A stretch of DNA of 32,635 bases from a virus (lineage: Duplodnaviria; Heunggongvirae; Uroviricota; Caudoviricetes). Positions within the stretch are counted from its first letter, which is position 1. Each line of letters starts with the position of its first letter. The notes under the pieces are model-generated. The model had not been told where the DNA came from. It did no database searches and saw nothing but the letters and a program-made list of their open reading frames with translations. The DNA lies in the IMG/VR virus record IMGVR_UViG_2627853795_000005, positions 1 to 32,635 of that record, one strand, 5' to 3'. Shown here piece by piece: positions 25,654 through 32,635 of the stretch. A program made the translations under genes and the position numbers.

Positions 25654-28503
25654 TCAATCTTTATCGTAAAAACTGCCACGCCCGGCACGGGCGCGCCGTT
25701 CCATTTCTGCCCTGACCATTTCGCCAACCAGTTTCGCCAGTTCGCGGGGATTCTGTGTAACAACGTTATGCAGATGAACATGAATTTCACCGCCAAATCC
25801 GGAGGCAACAGACTCCCGGTTACGGGAAGTTGCAGGAACTGATGCCACTGGCGATCGTATAGCCTCCGCCACCGGGCGGGAGCTGGCCGCAACAACAGGG
25901 ACCAGCGCCGGAGGCAGCGGAGCCGGAACCACGGGTGTGATATTAATTGCGGGGGCAGGCTTACTGACCTGCGCAATCTTCCGCTCCTGCCACTCCCCAC
26001 GAACAGCAAGTGCGCGGGGCAGGTTCTTAAAGACAATATCGCCGGGGCCAATGCGTTTTTTCGTCTCATCAACCAGCTTACCTGTGTTATCAGCAATTTT
26101 GCTGAGTCTGCGTAGCGTACCGGTATTGTTGTCTGTGAGCGGTTTGTTGTCTCTGGGTTTATCGCCTTTTTTGTCGTCGACCTTATCTGACGGGGCCGGG
26201 CCGGGAGTCCATGGTTTCTGAACCATTTTCTTGAGAACCGGATCCCATTCCCACATTACAGGAGCCTTTGAAGCGTTCTCTATTTTCTTTCTCGCCCGTT
26301 CCGCTTCATCCGGAAGCACTCCGAGCTTTTCAAGTATCCACGCCAGTGAATCCATCAATGCTTTTGTTGGCGTCAGGACAAGCTCTATCGCTCCACCGAG
26401 TACCCTGCCGAATACCTCGCCAGCACTGGTACATTTATCCAGCGTTTCCTTGCTGGACTCCATCGGTGACAGCAGCGATTTAAACCAGTTAAAGACCTGA
26501 ATAATCCCATCGCGCACGACATCAAAAACTGGACCGAACCGTTCAAAGGTTTCGCGCAACGGAGCCAGCCGTTCCATAATCCCACTGAACACCCCTGCAT
26601 AAAACGCCTTGATGGGTTCCCAGTATTTCCAGATGAGAACCGCCGCAGCCACAAACGCAGCAGCAATCAATCCGACCGGGCTGAACAGCGCCCCGATAGC
26701 GCCCCCCAGTAACGAAACGGAACCCGTCACCATTCCCCATAGTGCTGGCAGGAGCCTGACAGCATTCATTGATCCGGTCAGGAGGGAAAAGCCAAGACGC
26801 AGTTTTGCCAGCGGGCCAGCAAGCACACCAATAGCCAACGACAACGAGCCGACCGTTGCAGTCATCGCCAGCAATGCCCCACCTGCAATCAGTAGCTGGC
26901 GCGTCAGTGCCGGATGGGCCTGCGCCAGCGCCGTCACCTTTGATACCACCCGCGTGAGCCACTGCGTGACAGAACGCAGCGGACCGTCAATCAGATCTGC
27001 AATGCGGATGCGCAACCCTTCCCATGCACTACCGAGTGATTTCAGATCGCCGTCAAGGTTGTTGGCCATAACCTTTGCTGTGCGTTCAGCCTCACCGCGC
27101 GCGCCTTCAAGTTCTTTTCTCAGTTTGGGTAAGGAGCCGTCACCCGCTGCATCAACGAGCGCCATAAACGATGTGAAAGCCTCTTCTCCGGCAATGTCCT
27201 TAAAGAACGATACCCGGTCAACTTCCCCGTATTTGCGGGTGGCTTTATAAAGGTCGGCCAGTACATCCTCCATCGGGCGCATTTTGCCGTTCGCGTCAGA
27301 GACAGCCACACCCAGCTCTTTCAGCGCCTCTGCTGCCGCCTTTGGCGGTGATGCCAGACGAGCCAGGCTGGCACGCATTGCCGTCCCGGCATCACTCCCT
27401 CTGATGCCCATATTCGCCAGCACGCCAGCCATCGCTGCGGCCTGCTCCAGCGATATTCCCAGCTTACCCGCCACCGGACCTGCATATTTCATGGTTTCGC
27501 CCAGCGCGCGAAGGTCAGTGTTGGTACGGGTAAACGCCGCTGTAAGCGTGTCGCCAACCCGGTCCATCTGGTCAGCAGAGAGGCCGAACTGCGTCAGGAT
27601 ATTTGAGCCAATATCCGCCGTCTCGCCGAGATCCATACCGCCAGCCGTTGCCATGCTCAGCACGCCGGGAAGCGCAGCCTGAATGGCCTGCGGAGTAAAA
27701 CCAGCCATTGCAAGAAATGCCTGTCCACTGGCGGCATCTCCAGCGGTGAACTGCGTTTCAGAGCCAAGTTTTAACGCCTGCTCACGCAGCGCCTTAAACT
27801 GTGGGCTGTTTTTGTCGATTCGCGTCAGTGCCTGAACGCGGGACATCTCTTTCCCGAACCCAATCGCGGGCTGCAAAAAACGCCCGGCAGCATAGCCGCC
27901 CGCCGCTGCCGCACCTGTTGCCAGTGCACCACCTGTTTTCAGTTTTCCCGCGGTTTCCTGCGCGCGCGAATACCGCTCACGCGCCCGCGTTACACGCGCA
28001 AGCGCCTGCCGTTCGCGTTCAAGCTGGTTGTTGTACTGTTCGGTGCGTCTGATGGCCTGTTGAATGGTGTTATCGCTGCCTGTCAGGGAAATGCCGTGGC
28101 GTTTCAGCTCTCCGCCAAGCTCCCGCATTTTCTGAATTTCCCGTGCGCGCGATTCATTCAGGCGTTCAAGCCGGGTGCTTAACTGCAGCATCAGCTTTTG
28201 TTGTTTTTCGCTGAGCACTGTACCCGTGCGTTGTAACTGATTAAGGGCGTTAAGCTGGCGTCGTGCTTTCACGATGCCAGCATCCGCTGTACTGACAGCG
28301 TCGCGGGCACGCTCAAATGAACGCGCCTGACGCTCGAGATTTTTGATCGCCCCCTGAGTTCGCTGGATGGAGTCACCAAACTGCCCCATCAGGCGGCGGG
28401 CGTTTTCGGCAGGCCGGGTCAGCCTGTCAACGGCGCTGAAAGCGACCCGGATATCAAGAGTCTTCATTGTCTGCATTCCCGCTGCGAAGTGCCGCCCGCT
28501 CAC
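25654..28503 (-). CDS. T: Tail tape measure protein gpT
   Basis: 949-aa ORF, coiled-coil N-terminal part and Gly/Ala-rich hydrophobic central segments typical of tape measure proteins; true start may be an internal Met a few codons in. Confidence 0.9.
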   Translation of the reverse strand: MSGRHFAAGMQTMKTLDIRVAFSAVDRLTRPAENARRLMGQFGDSIQRTQGAIKNLERQARSFERARDAVSTADAGIVKARRQLNALNQLQRTGTVLSEKQQKLMLQLSTRLERLNESRAREIQKMRELGGELKRHGISLTGSDNTIQQAIRRTEQYNNQLERERQALARVTRARERYSRAQETAGKLKTGGALATGAAAAGGYAAGRFLQPAIGFGKEMSRVQALTRIDKNSPQFKALREQALKLGSETQFTAGDAASGQAFLAMAGFTPQAIQAALPGVLSMATAGGMDLGETADIGSNILTQFGLSADQMDRVGDTLTAAFTRTNTDLRALGETMKYAGPVAGKLGISLEQAAAMAGVLANMGIRGSDAGTAMRASLARLASPPKAAAEALKELGVAVSDANGKMRPMEDVLADLYKATRKYGEVDRVSFFKDIAGEEAFTSFMALVDAAGDGSLPKLRKELEGARGEAERTAKVMANNLDGDLKSLGSAWEGLRIRIADLIDGPLRSVTQWLTRVVSKVTALAQAHPALTRQLLIAGGALLAMTATVGSLSLAIGVLAGPLAKLRLGFSLLTGSMNAVRLLPALWGMVTGSVSLLGGAIGALFSPVGLIAAAFVAAAVLIWKYWEPIKAFYAGVFSGIMERLAPLRETFERFGPVFDVVRDGIIQVFNWFKSLLSPMESSKETLDKCTSAGEVFGRVLGGAIELVLTPTKALMDSLAWILEKLGVLPDEAERARKKIENASKAPVMWEWDPVLKKMVQKPWTPGPAPSDKVDDKKGDKPRDNKPLTDNNTGTLRRLSKIADNTGKLVDETKKRIGPGDIVFKNLPRALAVRGEWQERKIAQVSKPAPAINITPVVPAPLPPALVPVVAASSRPVAEAIRSPVASVPATSRNRESVASGFGGEIHVHLHNVVTQNPRELAKLVGEMVRAEMERRARAGRGSFYDKD

Positions 28504-28983
28504 GCCAGCTAACCACTTCGCCGGGCGTCATCATGAAGATTTCGGCGGGCGACCAGTTAAAAATAACGGCAATATCTGCCACAAAGTCTTCTATGTGCTC
28601 AAAGCACACAACCGTGATCAGGCTTCCGTCGCCTGTTCGTTCTTCCCGCCAGAGTCCGCACCGCTCAAAAAATTTACGGCAACCACACATAACTGAATAA
28701 AGTCACAGGATGCCATTTTTTTGATCGTCACTTCATCCAGTCGCGGTGATGTCACGCGTGACAGCAGCGTAAACATGGATTCCGCTTTCAGATTCAGCAC
28801 ATCAGACAGCGACAAATCTCGCAGAGATCCAGCCTGCTCAATAGCTCCGGTGATCTCCACATACGTGATTTTTTCGCCGCTTCGCTCAATTGGTTGGGTA
28901 AGTTTTACGCCACGCTCACTGGTTTCTTTCACAGTGTCAGCAACGACCGTGTTTTCGTTATCGATGTTTTTCGTCTCTTTCAT
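28454..28983 (-). CDS. E': Tail assembly chaperone E+E' fusion, made by programmed -1 ribosomal frameshift
   Basis: Slippery heptamer T_TTT_TTG in the E frame (plus-strand 28665..28671); the -1 frame continues as FFERCGLWREERTG... to a stop overlapping the T start, as in P2 E/E'. Confidence 0.7.
28618..28983 (-). CDS. E: Tail assembly chaperone gpE
   Basis: 121-aa ORF between tube and tape measure genes; contains the frameshift site. Confidence 0.8.
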   Translation of the reverse strand: MKETKNIDNENTVVADTVKETSERGVKLTQPIERSGEKITYVEITGAIEQAGSLRDLSLSDVLNLKAESMFTLLSRVTSPRLDEVTIKKMASCDFIQLCVVAVNFLSGADSGGKNEQATEA

Positions 28984-29037
28984 CAGGAAACTCCTTTCAG
29001 TCAGAGGCGACGCACTGCGCCGCCTGCATATTACTTA

Positions 29038-29550
29038 TCAGCCAAGCCCAAGCGCGGAACGGATGCGATCGGGCACAATGTCCTTGCCGTCCTTCCGGTA
29101 AATGAAGTTCAGCAGGTCAATCTCCCACAACGGGCGATCGTTAACACTCAGCTTGTAGTAGGTGTTTTTAATGGCGTAAGTGTGTGATGTGGCTTCGCCC
29201 TGTTTGGCTTCCCCCATATCAATTTCCGTCACACGTCCGCGCATTTCGACTTCATACAGGTCGCTTTCTGCATCGGTGTAGTATTCACCCGCAAAACGCA
29301 GCAGCGTGCCGTCAATCGTGCCGCCATACTTAAGGAACAGCTCACGAACTGCGCCCCCCATGACAAAGCTCGCATCAAGCGCGGAGTCATCCAGGCCGAG
29401 ATCAATACTTACCGCTCCCATCATGCCACCACCCCGGTAGCTGTCGGTTTTGCGCGTCAGCTTAGGCAGAGTGACGGACGTCACCTTACCCACTTCGTTT
29501 TCACCATCCACAAACAGCGTAAAAAAGCGAAGATGTTTTGGTACAGCCAT
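29038..29550 (-). CDS. FII: Tail tube protein gpFII
   Basis: 170-aa ORF directly downstream of the sheath gene on the minus strand; size and position. Confidence 0.85.
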   Translation of the reverse strand: MAVPKHLRFFTLFVDGENEVGKVTSVTLPKLTRKTDSYRGGGMMGAVSIDLGLDDSALDASFVMGGAVRELFLKYGGTIDGTLLRFAGEYYTDAESDLYEVEMRGRVTEIDMGEAKQGEATSHTYAIKNTYYKLSVNDRPLWEIDLLNFIYRKDGKDIVPDRIRSALGLG

Positions 29551-30734
29551 CAGGCACCTCCCAGCACCGCAAATGCGGGACCAAAGAATTCATCAGTAAA
29601 CGACTGGTAAAGCTCCATGTCTTCCAGCGGGGGAACAGGCGTATATTTGTAGCGAATACGCACGCGCCCCTGACGTAAATTCGTGGTGCCGTTATCCACC
29701 ACGTCATACCAGCACGACGCCCCAATCAGTTTCCCGGCAGTAACCAGTGAATCCAGTTTTGCCCTGATAGCACTGATAACATCCTTCACGTTCGCAGGCG
29801 TCAGTGGACTGTCGATGGTTTCAAACTGCGCTTCCGCAATTGAATCAGCCAGCACCTGTGCGGTTCGGGTATACACCTCAAAGATGTAGGCGTTCGTTTC
29901 CGGTGTGCGGTTGCCCCAGAAGCGGAACCCGTTGCGACGAATAATGGTCGTGATTTCTTTGTTGTTGAGGCTGTTGGCATCACTGTCTTCGGCCTGCAAC
30001 GACCAGAACACATGCCTGGACATCCCCAGCACATTTTTAACCGGAACGTTGGACAGCGATTTGTGCCAGCCCTGCTCATGGTCAATGTACGCACGAAGGC
30101 CGCACGCATAGGCAGGCGCGGGGAACGTTTCGTTTTTGCCACTTTTCGGGTTGTAGGCGATGAAGTCCGGCCATAAGAGCATCACCTCACGTTCGTTGAA
30201 TTTCTGGCGGTAGGTAATTGCCTCAGCCATCGTGTTACAGTCATGACATGAGGCATACACAAACGCGCGCAGTTTACCCGCAATCACGCACAGGGATTTT
30301 GTCACCGCCTCCGTGTCCAGCTCCGGCGCGGCCAGAATACGCGGACGGTATCCGATGCTTTCATCCTGCTCTGCAACAAGCAGCGCATACATCCCCGTAT
30401 AGCTGCCGTCATCCTCAGAACCACCGATAACCAGTTGATCCTGCGTCTTACCGCCTTCTTCTTTGTGTTCAGCCACGCGAACGACGATCACTTTTGTGCT
30501 CACCTGGTCTGCGATAGCCTTAAGCGCACGATAAAGCGTCCCCGTAGTCCCGCATTTTCCCAGCACGTCATTGACGCGGGTCAGCAGTGTGGGCTTGTTC
30601 AGCGGGAACAGCTCCGCATCCGCATCATCCGCCGTTGCCACGATACCGATAACGCTGGAATCAACATCATTAATCGCTGTTACCAGGTCGGTACTTTCCG
30701 TGACACGGGCACCATGAAAACGAGTTTCACTCAT
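29550..30734 (-). CDS. FI: Contractile tail sheath protein gpFI
   Basis: 394 aa; AELFPLNKP, KLRAFVYAS, WPDF, IDHEQGWHKSLSNV, IIRRNGFRFWGNRT, YTRTAQVLADS, YTPVPPLE blocks match recalled P2 gpFI. Confidence 0.9.
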   Translation of the reverse strand: MSETRFHGARVTESTDLVTAINDVDSSVIGIVATADDADAELFPLNKPTLLTRVNDVLGKCGTTGTLYRALKAIADQVSTKVIVVRVAEHKEEGGKTQDQLVIGGSEDDGSYTGMYALLVAEQDESIGYRPRILAAPELDTEAVTKSLCVIAGKLRAFVYASCHDCNTMAEAITYRQKFNEREVMLLWPDFIAYNPKSGKNETFPAPAYACGLRAYIDHEQGWHKSLSNVPVKNVLGMSRHVFWSLQAEDSDANSLNNKEITTIIRRNGFRFWGNRTPETNAYIFEVYTRTAQVLADSIAEAQFETIDSPLTPANVKDVISAIRAKLDSLVTAGKLIGASCWYDVVDNGTTNLRQGRVRIRYKYTPVPPLEDMELYQSFTDEFFGPAFAVLGGA

Positions 30735-30890
30735 AGCTTCAGCCCCTTGTATCCGTTAAATGATTCGGCAACAATCATCACCCACCACGCGCGTAATCTC
30801 ACCCCTGCGCCGTTCTCCCGCCACGGCGACAACAAAAAGCAGTAACCCACTCCGCACGCACATGCGACCATGCCGCACAGGGAGGGAAAG
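30735..30890. promoter_or_regulatory. Divergent promoter region between FI (-) and D (+)
   Basis: 156-bp intergenic region between divergently oriented late genes, each with a good RBS; promoter elements not individually resolved. Confidence 0.35.
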
Positions 30891-32000
30891 ATGACCAACA
30901 CCACCATGCAATTGCTCAGTCAGGGCACAGACCCCGTGAAAATGCCGGATTTTGATATTCTCGCGGAGGGGGAAACGCTGTCCGGCGTGGCAGAGCGCCT
31001 GATGAGTCTGTCACTGACCGACAACCGGGGATTTGAAGCGGACCAGCTCACCATCACGCTGGATGATGCGGATGGTCAGTTGCAGCTACCGCCACGGGGC
31101 GCGCGCCTGACGGTTCTCATTGGCTGGAAAGGCGAACCGCTGACAGAAAAAGGCACTTACATTGTTGATGAAATCGCTCACGAAGGACCGCCGGACAGGC
31201 TGACGGTTTCAGCCAGAAGCGCAGATTTTCGGGATGAATTTAACGTTAAACGTGAGGTGTCCTGGCATGATGTGACCGTTGAGCGAGTGGTATCCGCCAT
31301 CGCTCATCGGTACGGTCTGAAACCGCAAATCAGCGAAATGCTGATGGACATCGAAATCGACCACGCCGACCAGACCGAAGAAAGTGACATGTCCTTCCTT
31401 ACGCGCATGGCGGAAATGCTGGGCGCAATCACCACGGTAAAAAGCGGCAATCTGTTATTCATCATGCCAGGTGGTGGCGTGAACGCACAGGGCCAGCCGT
31501 TGCCCTCGTTCGCCATTACACGCAGCAGCGGCGATCGCCATCAGTTCCGCATTGCTGACCGCGAGGCGTATACGGGGGTGCGCGCCTACTGGCTTGATCT
31601 TAATTACGGGAAAAAGAAAAAAGTCAGCGTGAAACGCCGCAAACCGCCAAAACCCAAAAAGGAGAAAAGCAGCAGCCGTGAAGGTGATTATATGGAAGGC
31701 GCGGAAGGCAATGTGTTTGTGTTACGCAAGACTTATCAGAACGAGCAGGCAGCAAGACGCGCAGCGGCGGCAAAGTGGCAGCAGCTACAACGCGGAGCCG
31801 CATCATTCTCCATCACGCTGGCGCGTGGACGTGCAGAACTCTACCCCGAAATGCATGGCACGGTAACAGGATTTAAAAGCGAGATTGATAATCAGGACTG
31901 GATCATTGCAAAAGCCGAGCACACCATTGATAACAGCGGCTTTACCACGCAGCTTGAGCTTGAGGCAAAAATCCCGGAATGGATAGCGGAAACAGAGTGA
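30891..32000 (+). CDS. D: Tail protein gpD
   Basis: ORF 30870..32000; start placed at ATG 30891 after GGGAGGG RBS; size and position before ogr as in P2. Confidence 0.85.
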   Translation: MTNTTMQLLSQGTDPVKMPDFDILAEGETLSGVAERLMSLSLTDNRGFEADQLTITLDDADGQLQLPPRGARLTVLIGWKGEPLTEKGTYIVDEIAHEGPPDRLTVSARSADFRDEFNVKREVSWHDVTVERVVSAIAHRYGLKPQISEMLMDIEIDHADQTEESDMSFLTRMAEMLGAITTVKSGNLLFIMPGGGVNAQGQPLPSFAITRSSGDRHQFRIADREAYTGVRAYWLDLNYGKKKKVSVKRRKPPKPKKEKSSSREGDYMEGAEGNVFVLRKTYQNEQAARRAAAAKWQQLQRGAASFSITLARGRAELYPEMHGTVTGFKSEIDNQDWIIAKAEHTIDNSGFTTQLELEAKIPEWIAETE

Positions 32001-32042
32001 GCAACTTAGAATAGCGGCAGCACCACGTTAAGGGAGGTCGCT

Positions 32043-32303
32043 ATGTTCCGTTGTCCGCTTTGTGGCGCATCTGCCCGTATCCGCACCAGTCGTCCGGAAA
32101 ATGATTCAAACACTGTGCGACAAAAGTATTACCAGTGTAACAATCTGGAATGCGGCGTATGCTTCTCAACACTGGAAGCTTTCCATAAATTCACATCAAA
32201 ACACGCCTCCGGCGTTCACTCTTCAGAAGGTATCCCGTGGCATGATCTGCCAGCTTCACACAGGGGAAACAATCAGATGAGTTTGCCTTTATCTCAGAAT
32301 TAA
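32043..32303 (+). CDS. ogr: Late gene activator Ogr (zinc-finger)
   Basis: MFRCPLCGASARIRTSR...YYQCNNLECGVCF: the Cys4 Ogr/Delta zinc finger (CxxC...CxxxxC) matching recalled P2 Ogr; AAGGGAGG RBS. The C-terminal tail is longer than I recall for P2 Ogr. Confidence 0.85.
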   Translation: MFRCPLCGASARIRTSRPENDSNTVRQKYYQCNNLECGVCFSTLEAFHKFTSKHASGVHSSEGIPWHDLPASHRGNNQMSLPLSQN

Positions 32304-32494
32304 CAGGCAGAATTGCCGGAGTAACAAAAAAGCGATAGATTACGTGCGGGTGCCTTTCGGCTGATGGTCGGAGGGAATACCCGAAGGCCAGATGTGGAAA
32401 GGCCCCGGAAAACATTTCTGTTTAACCGAGGCCCTAACATATCTACCTTAAGCAAGTGATAGGTTAGCGCCTCTCCAACAAAGGAGCAAGCGCT

Positions 32495-32635
32495 ATGTCG
32501 CAAAAATCGCTTACGACCATCACGTTCTGCGTGACGGTAATCCTCATCATCTGGATGCTGCACGGTTCGCTGTGTGAAATACGGATGAGCTTTTGGGGAG
32601 CGGAGTTTGCGGCGTTCTTACAGTGTAAGCAGTAA
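32495..32635 (+). CDS. hok: Hok/Gef-family type I toxin (small membrane peptide)
   Basis: 46-aa ORF MSQKSLTTITFCVTVILIIWMLHGSLCEIRMSFWGAEFAAFLQCKQ: N-terminal TM plus the SLCEIR and AAF motifs characteristic of Hok family; AAGGAG RBS; stop codon is the last 3 nt of the window. Confidence 0.65.
   Translation: MSQKSLTTITFCVTVILIIWMLHGSLCEIRMSFWGAEFAAFLQCKQ

Larger units (their letters stand above)
1..32303. mobile_element. P2-like temperate prophage, near complete (integrase through ogr); true ends/att sites not identified
   Basis: Gene content and order recognisable as P2 family from the ORF translations: int, C, cox, A, Q, P, O, N, M, L, X, lysis genes, R, S, V, W, J, I, H, tfa, U, T, E, FII, FI, D, ogr. 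Confidence 0.9.

Noticed and set aside
26609-27250. 213-aa ORF on the + strand and several similar frames
   Set aside because: All lie antisense within the tape-measure gene; compositional artefacts.

Overview
This window is a nearly complete P2-like (Peduovirus-type) temperate prophage of an enterobacterial host, read from the integrase stop codon at position 1 to ogr at 32043..32303. All calls rest on reading the supplied ORF translations and the raw sequence; no database search was run, so homologies are recalled motif-level matches. Left arm: integrase (-), C repressor (-), a C/cox switch region, a Cox-like excisionase, about ten small early ORFs of unknown function, and a long gpA rolling-circle replication initiator with the HUH and Y-x3-Y motifs. 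The variable cargo slot between A and cos (occupied by tin/old in P2) holds the most interesting content: a ParM/StbA-like actin ATPase and a ParR-like protein, preceded by two tandem hairpin-bearing repeats, followed by an operator-flanked promoter, a structured leader, a small Cys/His-containing ORF and a clean terminator. Right arm: cos-like region, portal Q and terminase P (-), then O N M L X, holin, an M15-peptidase-type endolysin, spanins LysB/LysC, R S V W J I, tail fibre H and a tail fibre assembly gene (+). The tail sheath/tube/E-E'/tape-measure/U block lies on the minus strand, opposite to the orientation I recall for P2, followed by D and ogr (+). A hok-family type I toxin ORF ends exactly at the window edge. 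Other observations: a structured intergenic region with a UUCG hairpin upstream of the replication genes, a duplicated gene-junction sequence, a conserved TTTTTTG frameshift site for E/E', and a low-GC tail-fibre specificity cassette. No rRNA, tRNA, CRISPR array or transposase was seen. attL and attR could not be located.
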